The notes beneath the pieces were generated by a model. The model was not told the DNA's origin. It saw nothing but the letters and a program-made list of their open reading frames with translations, and did no database searches. Of a stretch of 64,000 nucleotides of DNA, positions 29,402 to 39,595 are shown piece by piece. The stretch is taken from contig CAVVCZ010000004.1 of the NCBI GenBank assembly GCA_963746845.1, positions 1,350,407-1,414,406 of the forward strand, written 5' to 3'. The position numbers and the translations under genes were made by a program. Positions within the stretch are counted from its first letter, which is position 1. The number at the start of each line of letters is the position of its first letter. This stretch comes from an uncultured Chloroflexia bacterium. Its GTDB lineage: Bacteria > Chloroflexota > Limnocylindria > Limnocylindrales > CSP1-4.

Positions 29402-30256
29402 TCACGACCCTCGAGCGGGCTCGTCCGACCGCCGGATCGTCGCCTCGATCAGGCCGTGCGGCTCGGTGGTCGACACATAGACCTCGCGGTCGTTGGCGAT
29501 CCCGAACGGACGCAGATCGACGGTCCAGTGATGGAGGTTCGGCAGCGACATCGAGACGTCCGCCACCTCGGGATGTCGCTCGAGGATCGCCTTGCCGATG
29601 ATCCAGATCGACGCCTGGACCGATACGGAATGGTGATCCGCGAAGACCTCGAGGAACGTGGACCGGATCGCGTCGTACGAGCGGTCGTAGTCGACGACCG
29701 CGCTCGCTTCGTATGCCCAGGTCGCGGTCACCGTCGTCGCCATGATCCGGTCCTCGGTCTCCGCGAGCGTCGTGAACCGGTCGCGCGGAAAGCCGGAGAA
29801 GGCCGATCGGGTCGTCTTCATCACGATGAGGTCCGCGATGCCCGCCCGCACGTCGAATCCCGGGCGTCCCACGGACACGACGGTCGTCCGCGTCTCGGAG
29901 CCGTCCCGGGTGAACGCGTCCGGGGCCGGCCCGATCGGACGCCACGCGTGCTCCTGGATCGAGACGCGAACCACCTGGACCTCGCTGCCGGCGTCCAGGA
30001 AGTGCCGCCCGAGCACGAGCCCGAAGTCCTCGATCGACCCCGTCAGGCCCTCGCCCGCGAGCGCGTACGCCGTGTTCTTCATCGTGTCGGTGGCGATCAC
30101 GGCCGAGTTGTCGCCCTGGTCGTACGACGCGGCGAAGTCGCCCTCGAGCGCGATCGCGATCGTCAGGTCGCGGACGCGGTGGGGCGTCTCGCCGCGGACC
30201 ACCTTGACGAGGCGGATCGCGGACTTGCCGTACGAGTTCGGGCCGACCTCGATCAC
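29402..30256 (-). CDS. pucL: Cofactor-independent urate oxidase (uricase)
   Basis: [48 protein letters not shown] start overlaps the uraD stop. Confidence 0.93.
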   Translation of the reverse strand: MIEVGPNSYGKSAIRLVKVVRGETPHRVRDLTIAIALEGDFAASYDQGDNSAVIATDTMKNTAYALAGEGLTGSIEDFGLVLGRHFLDAGSEVQVVRVSIQEHAWRPIGPAPDAFTRDGSETRTTVVSVGRPGFDVRAGIADLIVMKTTRSAFSGFPRDRFTTLAETEDRIMATTVTATWAYEASAVVDYDRSYDAIRSTFLEVFADHHSVSVQASIWIIGKAILERHPEVADVSMSLPNLHHWTVDLRPFGIANDREVYVSTTEPHGLIEATIRRSDEPARGS

Positions 30257-30765
30257 GCCTCGACCCCAGCCATGGACGGCGCCTTCCGGAACCGGTCGCG
30301 CGCGATCGCGACGACGTCGTGCAGCGCGCGTCGGATCTCGGTGTCGCGGTCGGCGTCGAGCGCCCGCTCGATGACGGGCACGAGCTCGGCCCGGCTCCGG
30401 GCGTCGACGAACACGCAGAAGCGGAACCCGAAGCGTGCCTCGTAGGCGACGTTCAGCCGCTCGAGGTCGGCGATCGCCTCGAGCGTGTCGCGGTCGTAGC
30501 CCTGCTCGCGGTAGCTCGCGGACGAGACGGACGCCGGCGGCGCGCCGAGACGCGGATGGGCGTCGATCAGCTCGAGCTGCTCGGGCTCCGGCATCGCCGC
30601 GGCGATCGCGTCGGCGCGGGCAAAGAGCGTGGACTCGGTGCGGAACGGGCGCGCGGCGGCGAGCCGGTCCAGGAACCGTGGCGCCCCCTCGAACCACGGC
30701 GCCGCGGCCGCGACGAACGCGTCATCGGGGAGCGCGTCGAGGATGGCCACGTCGGGCGTGTCCAC
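30253..30765 (-). CDS. uraD: OHCU decarboxylase
   Basis: [37 protein letters not shown]. Confidence 0.9.
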   Translation of the reverse strand: MDTPDVAILDALPDDAFVAAAAPWFEGAPRFLDRLAAARPFRTESTLFARADAIAAAMPEPEQLELIDAHPRLGAPPASVSSASYREQGYDRDTLEAIADLERLNVAYEARFGFRFCVFVDARSRAELVPVIERALDADRDTEIRRALHDVVAIARDRFRKAPSMAGVEA

Positions 30766-31104
30766 TCAGCTGCCGCGGTACGTCGTCATCGCGTAGGGCG
30801 CGAGGAGCAGCGGCACGTGATAGCTCCGGTTCGTGTCCGCGATCCGGACGTCGACCGCCACCTTCGTGAAGAACGTGCCGTCCTCGCGGGCCACGTCGAA
30901 CTCGAGGCGATAGTCGCCCGCGAGGAGCGGCCGCTCGAGGAGATCGCGCACCCGGCCATCGCCATCGGTCAGGGCCTGGGTCATCCGGATCGGCCCGTCG
31001 GCGACGTCGAGCCGCGACAGGGTGACGCGCACGCCCGTCGCCGGCGTGCCGCGCTCGGTGTCGAGGACGTGGGTCGAGATCGTGGGCCGGGCGGCATCCG
31101 CCAC
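30766..31104 (-). CDS. uraH: 5-hydroxyisourate hydrolase (transthyretin-like)
   Basis: [30 protein letters not shown] and C-terminal YRGS. Confidence 0.93.
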   Translation of the reverse strand: MADAARPTISTHVLDTERGTPATGVRVTLSRLDVADGPIRMTQALTDGDGRVRDLLERPLLAGDYRLEFDVAREDGTFFTKVAVDVRIADTNRSYHVPLLLAPYAMTTYRGS

Positions 31105-31119
31105 CGCTATCCTCCCTGC

Positions 31120-31542
31120 ATGGCAACGCTCGAGATCGAGGTCGGCGACCTCCACTTTAGCGCCCGCTGGGAGCCGGCCGCGCCGCAGACGATCGAGGCG
31201 ATCCGGCGGATGCTGCCGATCACGTCGAACCTGATCCACTGCCGCTGGAGCGGCGAGTCGACGTGGATCCCGTACGGCGACTTCCGGCCGGGGATCGACT
31301 ACGAGAACCACACCTCGCACCCCGCGCCGGGCATGCTCGCGATGTACCCGGGCGGCATCAGCGAGTGCGAGATCTTCTTCCCGTACGGGGCGTGCACGAC
31401 GTCGTCGAAGGTCGGCCAACTCGCCGCGAACCACTTCGCGACGATCGTCCCGGACGACGGCTGGGCCGACCGACTGCGGGAGGTCGGGCGGCGCTGCCTG
31501 TGGGACGGCGCCCAGGCGATCACGATCCGCGAGGTCGGCTGA
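31120..31542 (+). CDS. DUF3830-like protein (cyclophilin-like fold)
   Basis: [47 protein letters not shown]. Confidence 0.8.
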   Translation: MATLEIEVGDLHFSARWEPAAPQTIEAIRRMLPITSNLIHCRWSGESTWIPYGDFRPGIDYENHTSHPAPGMLAMYPGGISECEIFFPYGACTTSSKVGQLAANHFATIVPDDGWADRLREVGRRCLWDGAQAITIREVG

Positions 31543-31640
31543 GGCCTCGCCCGGTCGTCGCTCGCGCTCGTGCAGCCTCCGGCTGCTCAGGCGCCAGACG
31601 CCTGATCCGACGGCCGGCCCCCGGCTCGGGCTCCAGACCG

Positions 31641-31745
31641 TGCATCCGGCGCATCAACGGACGGCCGAACCGCGGTTTCGAGCGCGTGGCGCCCGATCCG
31701 ACGCACGGACCGGACCGCCGGGCGCCGTTTGACGCGCCCGGCGCA
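31641..31745. repeat. Degenerate intergenic inverted repeat
   Basis: TGCATCCGGCGCATCAACGGACGGCCG (31641-31667) resembles the reverse complement of 31719-31745. Confidence 0.4.
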
Positions 31746-31816
31746 TGACGAGCGAACCATCCTGCAGCCCGCCGGTGGCGCGGGGCTGACGCGCGCCGCA
31801 CCGCTATCCTCGCGGG

Positions 31817-33241
31817 GTGACGAGCGTCGAGTCGGTCGGTCCGGACCTGCTCGTCCGCGGCGGGACCGTCGTGACGGCGGGCGGCTCGCGGCGGGCCGAC
31901 GTCGCCGTGCGGGGTGGGTCGATCGTCGCCGTCGAACCAGACCTCGCAGGGCTGGTCGTGTCGGCGAGCGAGGTCGTCGACGCCCGCGGGATGCTCGTCC
32001 TGCCGGGCTGCGTCGACGTCCACACGCACACGCGGGTCGCGTCGGACGCGGAGCCGGATCGGTTCTTCCGCGACTCGCTCGCGGCCGCCTTCGGCGGGAC
32101 GACCACGTTCCTCGCGTTCAACAACCCCGGGACCGGGTCCTCGCCGGCCGCGCACCGATCCATCGCACGTGGCATCGACGAGTTCCGACTGGCCACGGCC
32201 AATGACAGTGCGGTCGACTACGCCCTGAGCCCGGCGATCCTCGGCGGGATGGACGACCCGCTGGCGGAGCTGCCGGCGATGGTCGACGCGGGCGTCCCGA
32301 CCGCGAAGGCGTTCATGGTCTTCGACTTCCGACTGGCCGACCGCTCGATCTTCGAGGCGATGCGGATCCTGGGCGAGCACGGCGGGATGCTCGAGGTTCA
32401 CTGCGAGGACCCGGTCCTGATCGATGCCGCCGTCGCGTCAGCGCTTCAGCATGGTGATACGGCACCACATCACCATGCTGCCACGCGATCGACCGAGGCG
32501 GAGGCGGTCGCCACGTACCGCGCCATGGCATTCGCCCGGGCCGCCGATGCGCCGGTCCACGTCGTCCATCTCTCGTGCGCGGACGCACTCCGGCACGTGG
32601 CGGAGGCACGCGCGAGCGGCGTCCGCGCGACCGCGGAGACGTGCCCCCACTACCTCGCGCTGACCAATTCGCGGTACGCCGAGACCGATCCGGTCGAGTG
32701 CGCAAAGAGCGTCATCTCACCGCCCCTCCGCGCGGCCGGCGACCGGGACGCCCTGTGGTCCGGGCTGGCCACCGACGAGCTCTCGCTGGTCGCCACGGAC
32801 CACGTGCCAGATCGCGTCGCCGTCGAGAAGGGCGAAGCGGCCCGCGGCGTGCCGTTCGACCAGATCAGCAACGGCGCGCCGGGGATCGAGACGATGCTCG
32901 CCGTCGTGTACGGCCTCGGCGTCGCCACCGGCAGGATCTCCGTCGAGCGGATGGTCGACCTCCTGGCGACGACCCCGGCCCGTCGGTTCGGCCTGGAACG
33001 GAAGGGGGCGATCGCGCCGGGGCGCGACGCGGACCTCGTCCTCTTCGACCCTACCGTCACGCGGACGATCCGCCAGGCCGACTTGCACCACACGAGCGAC
33101 TTCACACCGTACGAGGGCCTCACGGTGCCCGGCGCCGTCCGGACCACGTGGGTCCGCGGACGGGCCGTCGTCCGCGACAGGCACGCGACCGGCGACCGGG
33201 GATGGGGCCAGTTCGTCGAACGGGGAGCGGTCGCAACGTGA
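31817..33241 (+). CDS. Cyclic amidohydrolase (dihydropyrimidinase/hydantoinase/allantoinase family)
   Basis: DVHTH, AKAFM, VHCED, VVHLS, ETCPHYL, SPPLR, ATDH, DADLVLFDP. Confidence 0.88.
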   Translation: MTSVESVGPDLLVRGGTVVTAGGSRRADVAVRGGSIVAVEPDLAGLVVSASEVVDARGMLVLPGCVDVHTHTRVASDAEPDRFFRDSLAAAFGGTTTFLAFNNPGTGSSPAAHRSIARGIDEFRLATANDSAVDYALSPAILGGMDDPLAELPAMVDAGVPTAKAFMVFDFRLADRSIFEAMRILGEHGGMLEVHCEDPVLIDAAVASALQHGDTAPHHHAATRSTEAEAVATYRAMAFARAADAPVHVVHLSCADALRHVAEARASGVRATAETCPHYLALTNSRYAETDPVECAKSVISPPLRAAGDRDALWSGLATDELSLVATDHVPDRVAVEKGEAARGVPFDQISNGAPGIETMLAVVYGLGVATGRISVERMVDLLATTPARRFGLERKGAIAPGRDADLVLFDPTVTRTIRQADLHHTSDFTPYEGLTVPGAVRTTWVRGRAVVRDRHATGDRGWGQFVERGAVAT

Positions 33242-33684
33242 TCGACCGGATCCGCGTCTTGCTGGCCCGGGGCCCGGGCCCGACGGACGAGGACGACACC
33301 CGGATCCGCGCCGAGGGCCACCCCGGTCGCGGCACGGTCGTCGCGGTGGAGCCCACGGGTCGAAGCCGCGGCGACCGGCGCGAGGTCGCGTTGACGCTGG
33401 ACGTCTTCCTCGGGCGATCGCGGACCTTCCGGGTCGAGATCCGGCCATGGGTGACCGCGGCGGAGCTGGCTCGCCTCCGACCCGGGGACGCCGTGCCCGT
33501 CGCCGCCGACCAGGCCGAGCCCGGCCACGTCGTCCTCGCCTTCGACATGGACGACGTCCGCTCGATCGCGGGGCTGGGACCCTTCGCCGGCGGCCCCGGT
33601 GGCCCTGGCGGGGTCGTGGCACCGGCCGGAACGGCCGGCCGGTCGCCGATCAGTCCGGGAGGCGAACCGGCAGACGACCGGTGA
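33238..33684 (+). CDS. Hypothetical protein (OB-fold-like)
   Basis: GTGA overlap with the amidohydrolase. GRGTVVAVEPTG...LRPGDAVPVAAD. The 3' end overlaps the convergent GH3 gene. Confidence 0.5.
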   Translation: MIDRIRVLLARGPGPTDEDDTRIRAEGHPGRGTVVAVEPTGRSRGDRREVALTLDVFLGRSRTFRVEIRPWVTAAELARLRPGDAVPVAADQAEPGHVVLAFDMDDVRSIAGLGPFAGGPGGPGGVVAPAGTAGRSPISPGGEPADDR

Positions 33685-35218
33685 TCGGGGCCGCTCCGAC
33701 GAGGGCCGCCGCCAGCGCCCGGAGCGTCGGCGGCTGGATGCCGTAGGTCGCGACGACCGTGCCCACTGACGGATACGCGATCGCATCCCACGGCCCGCGC
33801 AGGGCGACGGCGATCACCGGGCGGCCGCTCGCGACGAGCGCCTGCGCCAGGTCGCCGACCGAGGCCTGACCGAGCGCGTCCACCGTCCCGAGCACGACGA
33901 CATCGACGCCGGCGGCACGGCCCACGAGGGCGTCGACATCGGCGGACGCGAGGTCGGCCTCGACGACCACGCCCTCGACGCCCGGCAGACGTTCCCGGAG
34001 CGCCGCGGCGAGGCCGCCCGGCGGCAGCCACGACGTCGTGTCCGCGGGGGTGAGATCGCGCGGCCGGGGCTCGATGACCAGCGCCCGCATGCCCGCGTGC
34101 GGGACGATCGGGAGCAGGCCGTCGCGATCGCGGATCCGCGTGATCGACCGTCGCGCGAGCTCGTCGGCCAGGGCGCGATGCGGCTTCGAGCCGGCGACGT
34201 CGACCGCAGGAGCGCGGTGCCCGGCCAGCCAGTGGCGCAGCCCCGCCAATCGGGCGGCCGTCGCCGCGACCTCGGCTGGTCGGAGCGCCTCGTTCGCGGC
34301 CGCGGCGGCGAGACCCGCCTCCACCCGCGCCTGCGCCGCCGGGTCCGGCCCACACAGCAGCAGGTCCGTGCCGGCCCGGAGCGCCGCGGCCACGTCGACG
34401 CCGGACCCACCGGCGCTGATCGCGCCCATGTCGAGCGCATCGCTCACGGTGACCCCGCCGAACCCCAGCTCGCCACGCAGCACGTCGCGCAGGACGGCGT
34501 CCGACAGGGTCGCCGGCAGGTCCCGCCGGCCGGTGAGCGACGGGACCGCCAGGTGGCCGGCCATCGCGAGCAGCGCACCGGCCTCGATCCCCGCCCGGAA
34601 CGGGACGAGCTCGCGCTCGAGGAGCTCCGCCCGCGACCGTTCGATCACGGGCAGCTCGTGGTGGGTGTCGCCGCCCGGGTCGCCGTGCCCGGGCAGGTGC
34701 TTGACCGTGGCCGCGACGCCGGCCGACTGGAGCCCACGGACCATCGCCGCGGCCAGCCGTCCAACCGCCACCGGCCCGTCGCCGAACGAGCGGATCCCGA
34801 CCACCGGGTTGCGCGGGTTCGTCGCGAGATCGCAGTCGGGCGCGTAGACGACCGTGACGCCCATCGCCCGGAGCTCCGCCCCGATCGCCGCCCCGACCCG
34901 CTCCGCAAGGTCCGGATCGCCGGCCGCCCCGAGCGCCATGGCGCCCGCGAACGGCGTCGCCCCGTCGCCCATCGCGTGGAGCTGGCCGGTCTCGTGGTCG
35001 GCCGCGACCAGCATCGCCGGCCGCCCGAGACGCGCCGCCGCGGCCTGGAGCTCGTCGGTGAGGGCCCGGACCTCCGTCGGGGACCCGATGTTCAGGTGCC
35101 GGTACAGGGTGACGCCGGCCGCGCGCGCCGCGAGCGCCTCGGCGGCGGCGGGCTCGATCGCGTGTCCGTCGAACGACAGGAGCAGCCGCTCACGCCGGTC
35201 GAACGCCCCGACGGCCAC
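33650..35218 (-). CDS. GH3 beta-N-acetylhexosaminidase (NagZ-like)
   Basis: KHLPGHGDPGGDTH signature, VSDALDMGAI, RSFG. Confidence 0.88.
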   Translation of the reverse strand: MAVGAFDRRERLLLSFDGHAIEPAAAEALAARAAGVTLYRHLNIGSPTEVRALTDELQAAAARLGRPAMLVAADHETGQLHAMGDGATPFAGAMALGAAGDPDLAERVGAAIGAELRAMGVTVVYAPDCDLATNPRNPVVGIRSFGDGPVAVGRLAAAMVRGLQSAGVAATVKHLPGHGDPGGDTHHELPVIERSRAELLERELVPFRAGIEAGALLAMAGHLAVPSLTGRRDLPATLSDAVLRDVLRGELGFGGVTVSDALDMGAISAGGSGVDVAAALRAGTDLLLCGPDPAAQARVEAGLAAAAANEALRPAEVAATAARLAGLRHWLAGHRAPAVDVAGSKPHRALADELARRSITRIRDRDGLLPIVPHAGMRALVIEPRPRDLTPADTTSWLPPGGLAAALRERLPGVEGVVVEADLASADVDALVGRAAGVDVVVLGTVDALGQASVGDLAQALVASGRPVIAVALRGPWDAIAYPSVGTVVATYGIQPPTLRALAAALVGAAPITGRLPVRLPD

Positions 35219-35219
35219 C

Positions 35220-36119
35220 TCAGCCCTTGACCGCGCCGGACAGCCCGCGAACGAAGTAGCGCTGGACGACGACGAAGAACAACAGGATCGGGATCACCGT
35301 CATCGTCACGCCGGCAGCGATCGAACGGGAGTCGGAGGCGAAGAAGCTCTGGAGCGCCGCCAGGCCCACCGGCAACGTCAGCCCGTCCGCCGTGTGGAGC
35401 ATCAGCGACGGCCACAGGAAGTCGTTCCACGACGTCACGAACGTGAAGATCGCAACTGCCGCCAGCGACGGTCGGACGATCGGCAGCAGGATCTGCCACC
35501 ACACCCGCCACTCCCCCGCGCCGTCGACCCGTGCGGCGTCGATCAGGTCGTTGGGCACGCCTCGGAACGCCTGGCGGAGCAGGAAGATGTTGAACGCGCT
35601 GACGATGTTCGGGAAGATCAGAGCCGGCAGCGTGTCGTAGTAGTGGAAGACATTCACCGCCAGGACGAAGCTCGGGATGTAGGTGAGCTGCGCCGGCACG
35701 ATGAGCGTCGCGAGGAGCAGGTAGAAGATCGCGTCACGCCCCCGGAAGCGCATCTTCGCCAGCGGATAGGCGGCCATCGCCGCGACGAGCACGTTCAGCG
35801 CGCCGGTCGCGACCGACACGAAGACGCTGTTGAGGAAGAACCGCGGAATCGGCAGCGCGTCGAGGACGTGCCCGTAGTTGGCGAGCGTCGGGTGGGCCGG
35901 CAGGAACTGGGGCGGGACCGAGGTGATCGGATCGGTCGGCCCCTTCAGCGACGTCAGCAGCATCCAGACGAACGGGAACACGGTGATCACCGCCACCGCC
36001 GTCAGGACGATGTACCACAGCCCGCTCGAGACGATCTGACGACCGCGCTTGCGGCTGAGGTTCCGACGTCGCAGCACGAGCGTCGGCTCGGCCAGATCGG
36101 CCATCTCGGCATGACTCAT
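35220..36119 (-). CDS. Carbohydrate ABC transporter permease
   Basis: LIDAARVDGAG EAA loop, SWNDFLWP. ATGA overlap at 36116-36119. Confidence 0.92.
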   Translation of the reverse strand: MSHAEMADLAEPTLVLRRRNLSRKRGRQIVSSGLWYIVLTAVAVITVFPFVWMLLTSLKGPTDPITSVPPQFLPAHPTLANYGHVLDALPIPRFFLNSVFVSVATGALNVLVAAMAAYPLAKMRFRGRDAIFYLLLATLIVPAQLTYIPSFVLAVNVFHYYDTLPALIFPNIVSAFNIFLLRQAFRGVPNDLIDAARVDGAGEWRVWWQILLPIVRPSLAAVAIFTFVTSWNDFLWPSLMLHTADGLTLPVGLAALQSFFASDSRSIAAGVTMTVIPILLFFVVVQRYFVRGLSGAVKG

Positions 36120-36991
36120 GCGTCGCTCTGGCCCCGCTCCAGGATCCGGACGTTGACGATCGAGAAGAGCAGCGTGATGACCAGGAGCGAGATCGCGATC
36201 GCGGACGCATACCCCGCGTGCTGGAGCACGAACGCCTGGCGCCAGAGGTAGAAGACCATGGTGACCCCGCTGTCGAGGAAGCCGCCGGTCTGGTTCGTCA
36301 GGACGTAGATCTCGTCGAAGACCTTCAGCGCCGCCAGGCTCGAGATCACGGCCACGAACACGATCTGCGGCCGGAGCCCGGGCAGGCTGATGTGCCAGTG
36401 CTTCTGGAAGTCGTTGCAGCCGTCGATCCGGGCTGCGTCGTACAGCTCCTCGGGGATGTTCTGGAGCCCGGCCAGGAAGATGACGGCGTAGTAGCCGAAG
36501 CCGGCCCAGATCGTGAGCAGCATCGCGATCGGCAGCACGAACTCCGGTGTCGTGAGCCATTGGACCGGCCGGTCGATGATCCCGGTGGTCAGCAGGATGC
36601 TGTTGATCAAACCGTTCCGCTGGAACAGCCATTGCCAGGTGAGGCCGATGGCAATGCTCCCGCTGACCGCGGGAACGAAGTACAGCGCGCGGTAGATGTG
36701 AATCCCCCGCAGCCGGCGGTTCACGACGATCGCCAGGACGATCGACAGCGCGATGATGATCGGGGTGACGATCAGGTAGACGAATGAGTGCGTCAGAGCC
36801 AGCCAGAACGTCGGGTCGGCGATGAGCTGCTGGTAGTTGGCGAGCCCCACGGGGACGGGCGGCCGGACGATGTCGAAGTCGGTGAAGCTGTAGTAGATGA
36901 CCGCCACGATCGGATAGACCACGAAGATGCCCAGCAGCGCCAGTGCCGGCAGCAGGAAGACGTATGGCGTCGCGCGGAATCGGCGGGTCAT
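36116..36991 (-). CDS. Carbohydrate ABC transporter permease
   Basis: LAGLQNIPEELYDAARIDGC, FDEIYVLT. Confidence 0.92.
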   Translation of the reverse strand: MTRRFRATPYVFLLPALALLGIFVVYPIVAVIYYSFTDFDIVRPPVPVGLANYQQLIADPTFWLALTHSFVYLIVTPIIIALSIVLAIVVNRRLRGIHIYRALYFVPAVSGSIAIGLTWQWLFQRNGLINSILLTTGIIDRPVQWLTTPEFVLPIAMLLTIWAGFGYYAVIFLAGLQNIPEELYDAARIDGCNDFQKHWHISLPGLRPQIVFVAVISSLAALKVFDEIYVLTNQTGGFLDSGVTMVFYLWRQAFVLQHAGYASAIAISLLVITLLFSIVNVRILERGQSDA

Positions 36992-37015
36992 CGGTCGATC
37001 CTGACCAGAAAGTGG

Positions 37016-37047
37016 GCGGCCCGCTCGTGGGGGAGCGAGCGGGCCGC
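37016..37047 (-). terminator. Stem-loop after the solute-binding protein gene
   Basis: 12-bp perfect stem GCGGCCCGCTCG-N8-CGAGCGGGCCGC, then CCACTTTCT on the minus strand. Confidence 0.6.
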
Positions 37048-37065
37048 TTCAGGAGTGGGCTACGG

Positions 37066-38481
37066 CTACTTGATCAGCGCCTGCGACTTGGTGACCGCGT
37101 CGTTCAATGCGTCCTGGGCGCTCATCTTGCCGGCCAGGGCCTGCTCGATGTCGCTCAGGACGATGTTGTTGACGTCGGCCTTGTGCGGGACGGTCGGGAC
37201 GATGTCCGCGTACTTGGACACGATGTCCTTGGCGAGCGGCTTGGCTGCATCCTCGATCGCGGTCGGAGCTGCCGAGAAGAACGGATCGTCGTACGCCGCC
37301 GCGGAGGACGGGTAGATCGACACGATCTTCGCGAACGCGACCATGCTCCGCGGGTTCGTGAAGAACTGGGCGAGGGCGATCGACGCGTTCGGGAACTTGG
37401 TGTCGGCCTTGACGGAGATCCCCATCGAGCCCTTGCCGACCACGCCTGACTTCCCGACCGGCGCCGGAACGACGGCCAGGTTGCCGTAGAGCGTCGGGTT
37501 GTCGGACTTCACGACGCGGATCAGGTTCGGGGACGTCTGCCAGAAGGGCGAGGCCCCACTGGAGAAGGTCGCCAGGCCGAGCCGGTCGATCGGGGCAGTG
37601 ACGATGTCCGTGTCGAGCACGCCCTTCTTGTACATGTCGACGTACATCTGGAGCCACGCGACGGCGTCGGGCGTGTTGAAGGTGAAGGTCTTGCCGTCAT
37701 CGCTGATGATCTTGACGTTGCCCTCGTAGACCATCTGCGCCAGGAGGTCGTTGACCGACAGGCGGATGGTGCAGACCGTCTTGGCCTTGGCCAGGATCGT
37801 GTCGCAGACGGCCGGAAGGCCGTCGATCGTCTTCGGGAAGTCCGTGGCGGTCAAACCCGCCTCCGTCTCGTAGACCTCCTTGTTGATCAGCTCCGTGGCG
37901 ATGCTCTGGTACCACGGGAACTGGAAGTTCTTGCCATCGACGAGCTGCGACTTCCAGAGGCCCGGGAAGTAGATGCTCTGGACCTCAGCCGGAACCTTGT
38001 CGTCCAGCGACAGGAGCAGGCCCTTCGACGCGTAGTCGGAGACCCAGCCCTCACCGACCGAGAGGTTGATGACGTCCGGGGCGTTGCCGGCGTTGAACGC
38101 GTTGTTCAGGTCCTGCTGGAACGTCCCCTGGTGGTCATGCCAGTCGACCGTCACGCCCGGGTACGTCTTCTGGAAGCGGTCGATCGTGTCCTTGATGTAC
38201 TGGTCGAAGGTCGGCGACAGGTAGTAGGTCCAGAAGCCGATCGTGGCGTTGGGCTCGATGTTCTTGATCACGGCCTCGGCCGGATCGACGGCGAGCGCCG
38301 CCTCCGACGGGGATGCCGCCGCGCTGGGAGCCGAGCTCGCGCCCCCGGACGCGGCTGCGCTCGGGCTCGCGGCGCCGGTCGTCGGACTGGCGCTGGAGGG
38401 GGACGGCGTGGCCGTCGAGCCGCATCCGACGACCAGCAAGGCTGTCGACAGGCCAATGGTGAGAGTTCGCTTCAGGTGCAC
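37066..38481 (-). CDS. Sugar ABC transporter solute-binding lipoprotein
   Basis: Lipobox LVVGC, Ser/Ala linker, AGNAPDVINL, FPWY. GAGGAGG RBS. Confidence 0.9.
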   Translation of the reverse strand: MHLKRTLTIGLSTALLVVGCGSTATPSPSSASPTTGAASPSAAASGGASSAPSAAASPSEAALAVDPAEAVIKNIEPNATIGFWTYYLSPTFDQYIKDTIDRFQKTYPGVTVDWHDHQGTFQQDLNNAFNAGNAPDVINLSVGEGWVSDYASKGLLLSLDDKVPAEVQSIYFPGLWKSQLVDGKNFQFPWYQSIATELINKEVYETEAGLTATDFPKTIDGLPAVCDTILAKAKTVCTIRLSVNDLLAQMVYEGNVKIISDDGKTFTFNTPDAVAWLQMYVDMYKKGVLDTDIVTAPIDRLGLATFSSGASPFWQTSPNLIRVVKSDNPTLYGNLAVVPAPVGKSGVVGKGSMGISVKADTKFPNASIALAQFFTNPRSMVAFAKIVSIYPSSAAAYDDPFFSAAPTAIEDAAKPLAKDIVSKYADIVPTVPHKADVNNIVLSDIEQALAGKMSAQDALNDAVTKSQALIK

Positions 38482-38569
38482 CGGTTATCTCCTCCTCGGT
38501 TCACTCCACAACGTGTCAAGTGGCCGCAGCTGCGGTCCACGCCCTCGACCCGCGACCACGCGCGGGTCC

Positions 38570-39595
38570 TCAACCCACGGCTTCGCGTGCGACCACCTCC
38601 TTCGCGACCGGATCGAGCAGGGCGATCGCGCCCCGCGTCCCGATGTCGTGGTCAGGTCCGGCAAGGCGGACCTCCGTCTCGGCGAGCAGCTCCGAGGCGA
38701 ACGCCGACGGCGCGGCGATCCGGGCAAGCCCGGACCGGACACGCTCGAGCAGCGGTGCGCCCGCCCGGCTGATTCCCCCGCCGATCACGACGAGCTCGAC
38801 GTCATAGGCGAGGACGAGCTCGTGGACGATGCGGGCGATCGCCGCGGCAGCCGCGTCGACCAGTCGGGCCGCCAGCCCGTCGCCGGTCTCGGCTGCCGCG
38901 AAGACGTCCGCGGCGGTCGGTTCCGAACCGTTGGTACGGGATCCGAGCGAGGTGGGTTCATCCGCCTCGATCGCGGCACTCGCCGCGCGGGCGATCCCCG
39001 CCCCGCCCGCGATCGTCTCGAAGCACCCGCGCAGGCCGCAGGCGCAATCCGCGCCGTCGGGGTCGAGGACGACGTGGCCGATCTCGCCGGCCATCCCGCG
39101 GACCCCGCGATGGAGCCGTCCGTCGAGGACGACGCCGGCCGAGATCCCGGTCCCGATCCCGAGGAAGATCAGGTCGTCGACGCGGCTGTAGCGGGCGTCG
39201 CGATGGAGCCCGACGGCGGCCGCGCGAACGTCGTTCTCGACGACGCACGGAACGCCGAGCGCGGCCTCGAGGCGCCGGCCGAGCGGCAGGTGCTGCCAGC
39301 CCAGGTTGACCGCGAAGGTGACGTCGCCGGTCGCGATGTCGACGCGGCCCGGCACGCCGAGCCCGACGGCGGCGACGTCGGCCATGGTGGCGCCCGCCTC
39401 GGCGACGGCATCGCGGATGACGCTGGTGATCTGGGCGATCGCCTCCTCCGGCTCGGACGACGCGGCCGCGACGGAGCGGCGGGCGAGGACCGCGTCGGTG
39501 TCGTCGACGACGAGGACCGCGACCTTGCTCCCGCCGATGTCGACGCCGACGCGGAGGGTGCCGGCCGATCCCGCCGGCCGGATCGGGGTCGTCAC
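38570..39595 (-). CDS. ROK family sugar kinase
   Basis: VGVDIGGSK, VENDVRAAA, GEIGH, CACGLRGCFE. No HTH. GTGA overlap with the regulator. Confidence 0.88.
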   Translation of the reverse strand: MTTPIRPAGSAGTLRVGVDIGGSKVAVLVVDDTDAVLARRSVAAASSEPEEAIAQITSVIRDAVAEAGATMADVAAVGLGVPGRVDIATGDVTFAVNLGWQHLPLGRRLEAALGVPCVVENDVRAAAVGLHRDARYSRVDDLIFLGIGTGISAGVVLDGRLHRGVRGMAGEIGHVVLDPDGADCACGLRGCFETIAGGAGIARAASAAIEADEPTSLGSRTNGSEPTAADVFAAAETGDGLAARLVDAAAAAIARIVHELVLAYDVELVVIGGGISRAGAPLLERVRSGLARIAAPSAFASELLAETEVRLAGPDHDIGTRGAIALLDPVAKEVVAREAVG

